DNA from: Bacteroidota bacterium
Lineage (GTDB): Bacteria > Bacteroidota > Ignavibacteria > Ignavibacteriales > Ignavibacteriaceae
Assembly: GCA_021813585.1 (NCBI GenBank)
Contig: JAKAJV010000068.1
Span: forward strand, 3,499 to 67,498
Length of the DNA: 64,000 bases
Direction of reading: 5' to 3'
Both the position numbers and the translations under genes were made by a program. Below, piece after piece: positions 62,660 through 64,000 of the stretch (positions are counted from its first letter, which is position 1; every line of letters begins with the position of its first letter). Under the pieces are notes generated by a model that saw only the letters and a list, made by a program, of their open reading frames with translations, was not told where the DNA came from and made no database searches.

Positions 62660-63373
62660 TTACTTATGCAATAAAACTTTTTTCAAATCATCTTTAACGT
62701 TTTGTGGAAGCGGACTTTTCATTAAGTCAGATATTGTTTTTTTAACATCGTAATCAATTCTTTTAAGATGAATTTCTCCGTCTTCATAGACTGCGGAGCA
62801 GGCTTGACCGCCGTCTCGAGCCAGACCAACGCTGCCGGGATTAACAACCATTCCGTAATCCAATTTCTTTTTATACTGAACATGCGTATGGCCAACGAGA
62901 ATATATTCGGCAATAATGCCTTCCAATTCTCCGGCAATTTCATTTTGATTTAGATATTTGAACATATCGCCTTGCGGAGAAGCATGAGCCATATAGAATG
63001 AGGCATCCTCATAACCATCCCGAAGGCTTTCGGGATTATCAAGCTGAAACGAAACGGTAGTCGGCATATTTCTTAAAAAATGAATATCACTTGCATCGAG
63101 CAAAGTCTTGTGCCATTCGCGAGTTGCAATAGAATATTCGCGGAACGTACCAATGCAATTGCAATCAACATCGTAGCCAAGGGCGTTATCGTGATTGCCG
63201 CGAACAAAATAATCGGCATTTTCTCTAATGAATTTCACACATTCTTTTGGGTTCGGTCCGTAGTCAACAACATCACCGAGAAAGATAAGGTTATTGCAAT
63301 CACGGTCTTTATCAAGAACAGCTTGCAGTGCAGGCAAGTTTGCATGAATGTCTGAGACAATTAGTATTTTCAT
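62660..63373 (-). CDS. Metallophosphoesterase family protein
   Basis: 237 aa with the SDIHAN, GDVVDYGP, GNHD and GHTH motifs. Confidence 0.9.
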   Translation of the reverse strand: MKILIVSDIHANLPALQAVLDKDRDCNNLIFLGDVVDYGPNPKECVKFIRENADYFVRGNHDNALGYDVDCNCIGTFREYSIATREWHKTLLDASDIHFLRNMPTTVSFQLDNPESLRDGYEDASFYMAHASPQGDMFKYLNQNEIAGELEGIIAEYILVGHTHVQYKKKLDYGMVVNPGSVGLARDGGQACSAVYEDGEIHLKRIDYDVKKTISDLMKSPLPQNVKDDLKKVLLHK

Positions 63374-63401
63374 AAAATAAATTTTCCCCTTTAGCAGGAG
63401 T

Positions 63402-63450
63402 ATAAAAAAACTCCTACTTGATTAATCTAAAAATTAATTAAGTAGGAGTT
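63402..63450 (-). terminator. Terminator-like stem-loop with a U-tract in the 5' leader of the metallophosphoesterase gene
   Basis: On the minus strand the sequence is AACTCCTACTT-N20-AAGTAGGAGTT followed by TTTTTAT, with perfect 11-bp arms. An alternative AGGAGT/ACTCCT pairing (63396-63415) shares the 3' arm. Confidence 0.45.
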
Positions 63451-63454
63451 ATTA

Positions 63455-63493
63455 ATCCCGACCTGTTTGCCGACAGGCATGTTTAATCGGGAT
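63455..63493. repeat. REP-like nested hairpin ATCCCGA...TCGGGAT
   Basis: ATCCCGA (63455-63461) pairs with TCGGGAT (63487-63493), and there is an inner CCTGT/ACAGG stem. Confidence 0.45.
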
Positions 63494-63569
63494 AAAAAGC
63501 GAACTCCATCGCTGGGTGAAAAAATATTACACGTAGAGATTAAATGCAAATGGTTTAGATAACAAATAA

Positions 63570-64000
63570 ACTAAAGATATTTTGGCAAATAACAAACACG
63601 CTTTGACGCAGCACATAATGATTATTACCGGCGCAAACACAGGAGGCAAATCTACTTTTATGAGGAGTATCGGAATTGCTCAATTGATGATGCAAGCGGG
63701 AATGTTTGCACCTGCGGAATCCTTCGAGGCTGAAGTTCATGAAAGTATAATTACACATTTTAAAGGGAAGAGGATGCAACGATGTTTAGCGGAAAATTAG
63801 ATGAAGAGCTAAGCAGGATGGGTGAAATAGTTGATAGACTAGAGCCCAACTCAATCGTACTGTTTAACGAATCTTTCGCGGCAACAAACGAGAGAGAAGA
63901 TTCTGAGATTGCGGGTCAGATAACAAATGCATTAGTTGAAAGCGGCATCAAAGTAATTTTTGTAACTCACCAATATGAATTTGCACAAGGTCTTTACGAA
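63570..64000 (+). pseudogene. MutS-family ATPase (domain V) remnant: 5'-truncated and frameshifted; continues off the right edge
   Basis: DILANNKHALTQHIMIITGANTGGKSTFMRSIG carries the Walker A motif, but an in-frame stop at 63567-63569 leaves no N-terminal domains. The frame changes near 63761-63766, after which DATMFSGKLDEELSRM...LFNESFAATNE...VTHQYEF continues. Confidence 0.6.

Overview
This is a low-GC, gene-dense bacterial window. Five proteins end in NYPNPFNP-type T9SS C-terminal sorting domains, and there is a PorV-like barrel and a sigma54 activator. From this I infer an FCB-superphylum genome, probably Ignavibacteria-like. Three functional blocks are visible. (1) Positions 1-19.1 kb hold stress and efflux genes. 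These are an ArsR-controlled cluster with Met-rich, SHOCT and MerT-like proteins, a TolC-MFP-RND operon, a RHH/YefM/YoeB toxin-antitoxin locus, and an eight-gene minus-strand cluster. That cluster runs TetR, FmdE, TauE, porin, FmdE, histidine kinase, sigma54 response regulator. (2) Positions 19.7-50.6 kb hold a carbohydrate block. It contains a non-phosphorylative sugar-acid pathway (two SDRs, a glucarate-dehydratase-like enolase, an MBL lactonase candidate and an FAH hydrolase) and a GntR regulator. It also contains a PUL-like locus without SusC/D: SBP plus two ABC permeases, a TonB-dependent receptor, a PorV-like protein, two GH38-like mannosidases, T9SS cargo proteins, DUF4185, an esterase and a long mannose-6-P isomerase. 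(3) Positions 50.6-64 kb hold metal and sulfur homeostasis genes. These are a Met-rich T9SS protein, a Cys-cluster protein, HicAB, DUF302 (twice), an Nramp-like transporter, a CPC-type P1B ATPase, DsrE, an ArsR-rhodanese fusion, a metallophosphoesterase and a decayed MutS-like gene. No rRNA, tRNA or CRISPR array was found. The most unusual content is non-coding. At least three families of intergenic repeats occur at high density: a phased CACAGAG palindrome, a GGAGTAATGGAATAATGG palindrome, and a roughly 92-120 bp element flanked by ATA. One copy of the ATA-flanked element interrupts an IS200-like tnpA remnant exactly in frame, and two copies bracket the 31-kb carbohydrate block. REP-like hairpins also sit in frame inside the P-type ATPase. 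On the coding side, the best candidates for undescribed biology are three. They are the FmdE-TauE-porin-FmdE module, a three-member family of small membrane-anchored proteins next to metal genes, and a Met-rich T9SS cargo protein. All functional calls come from motif recognition by eye. No database search was run.
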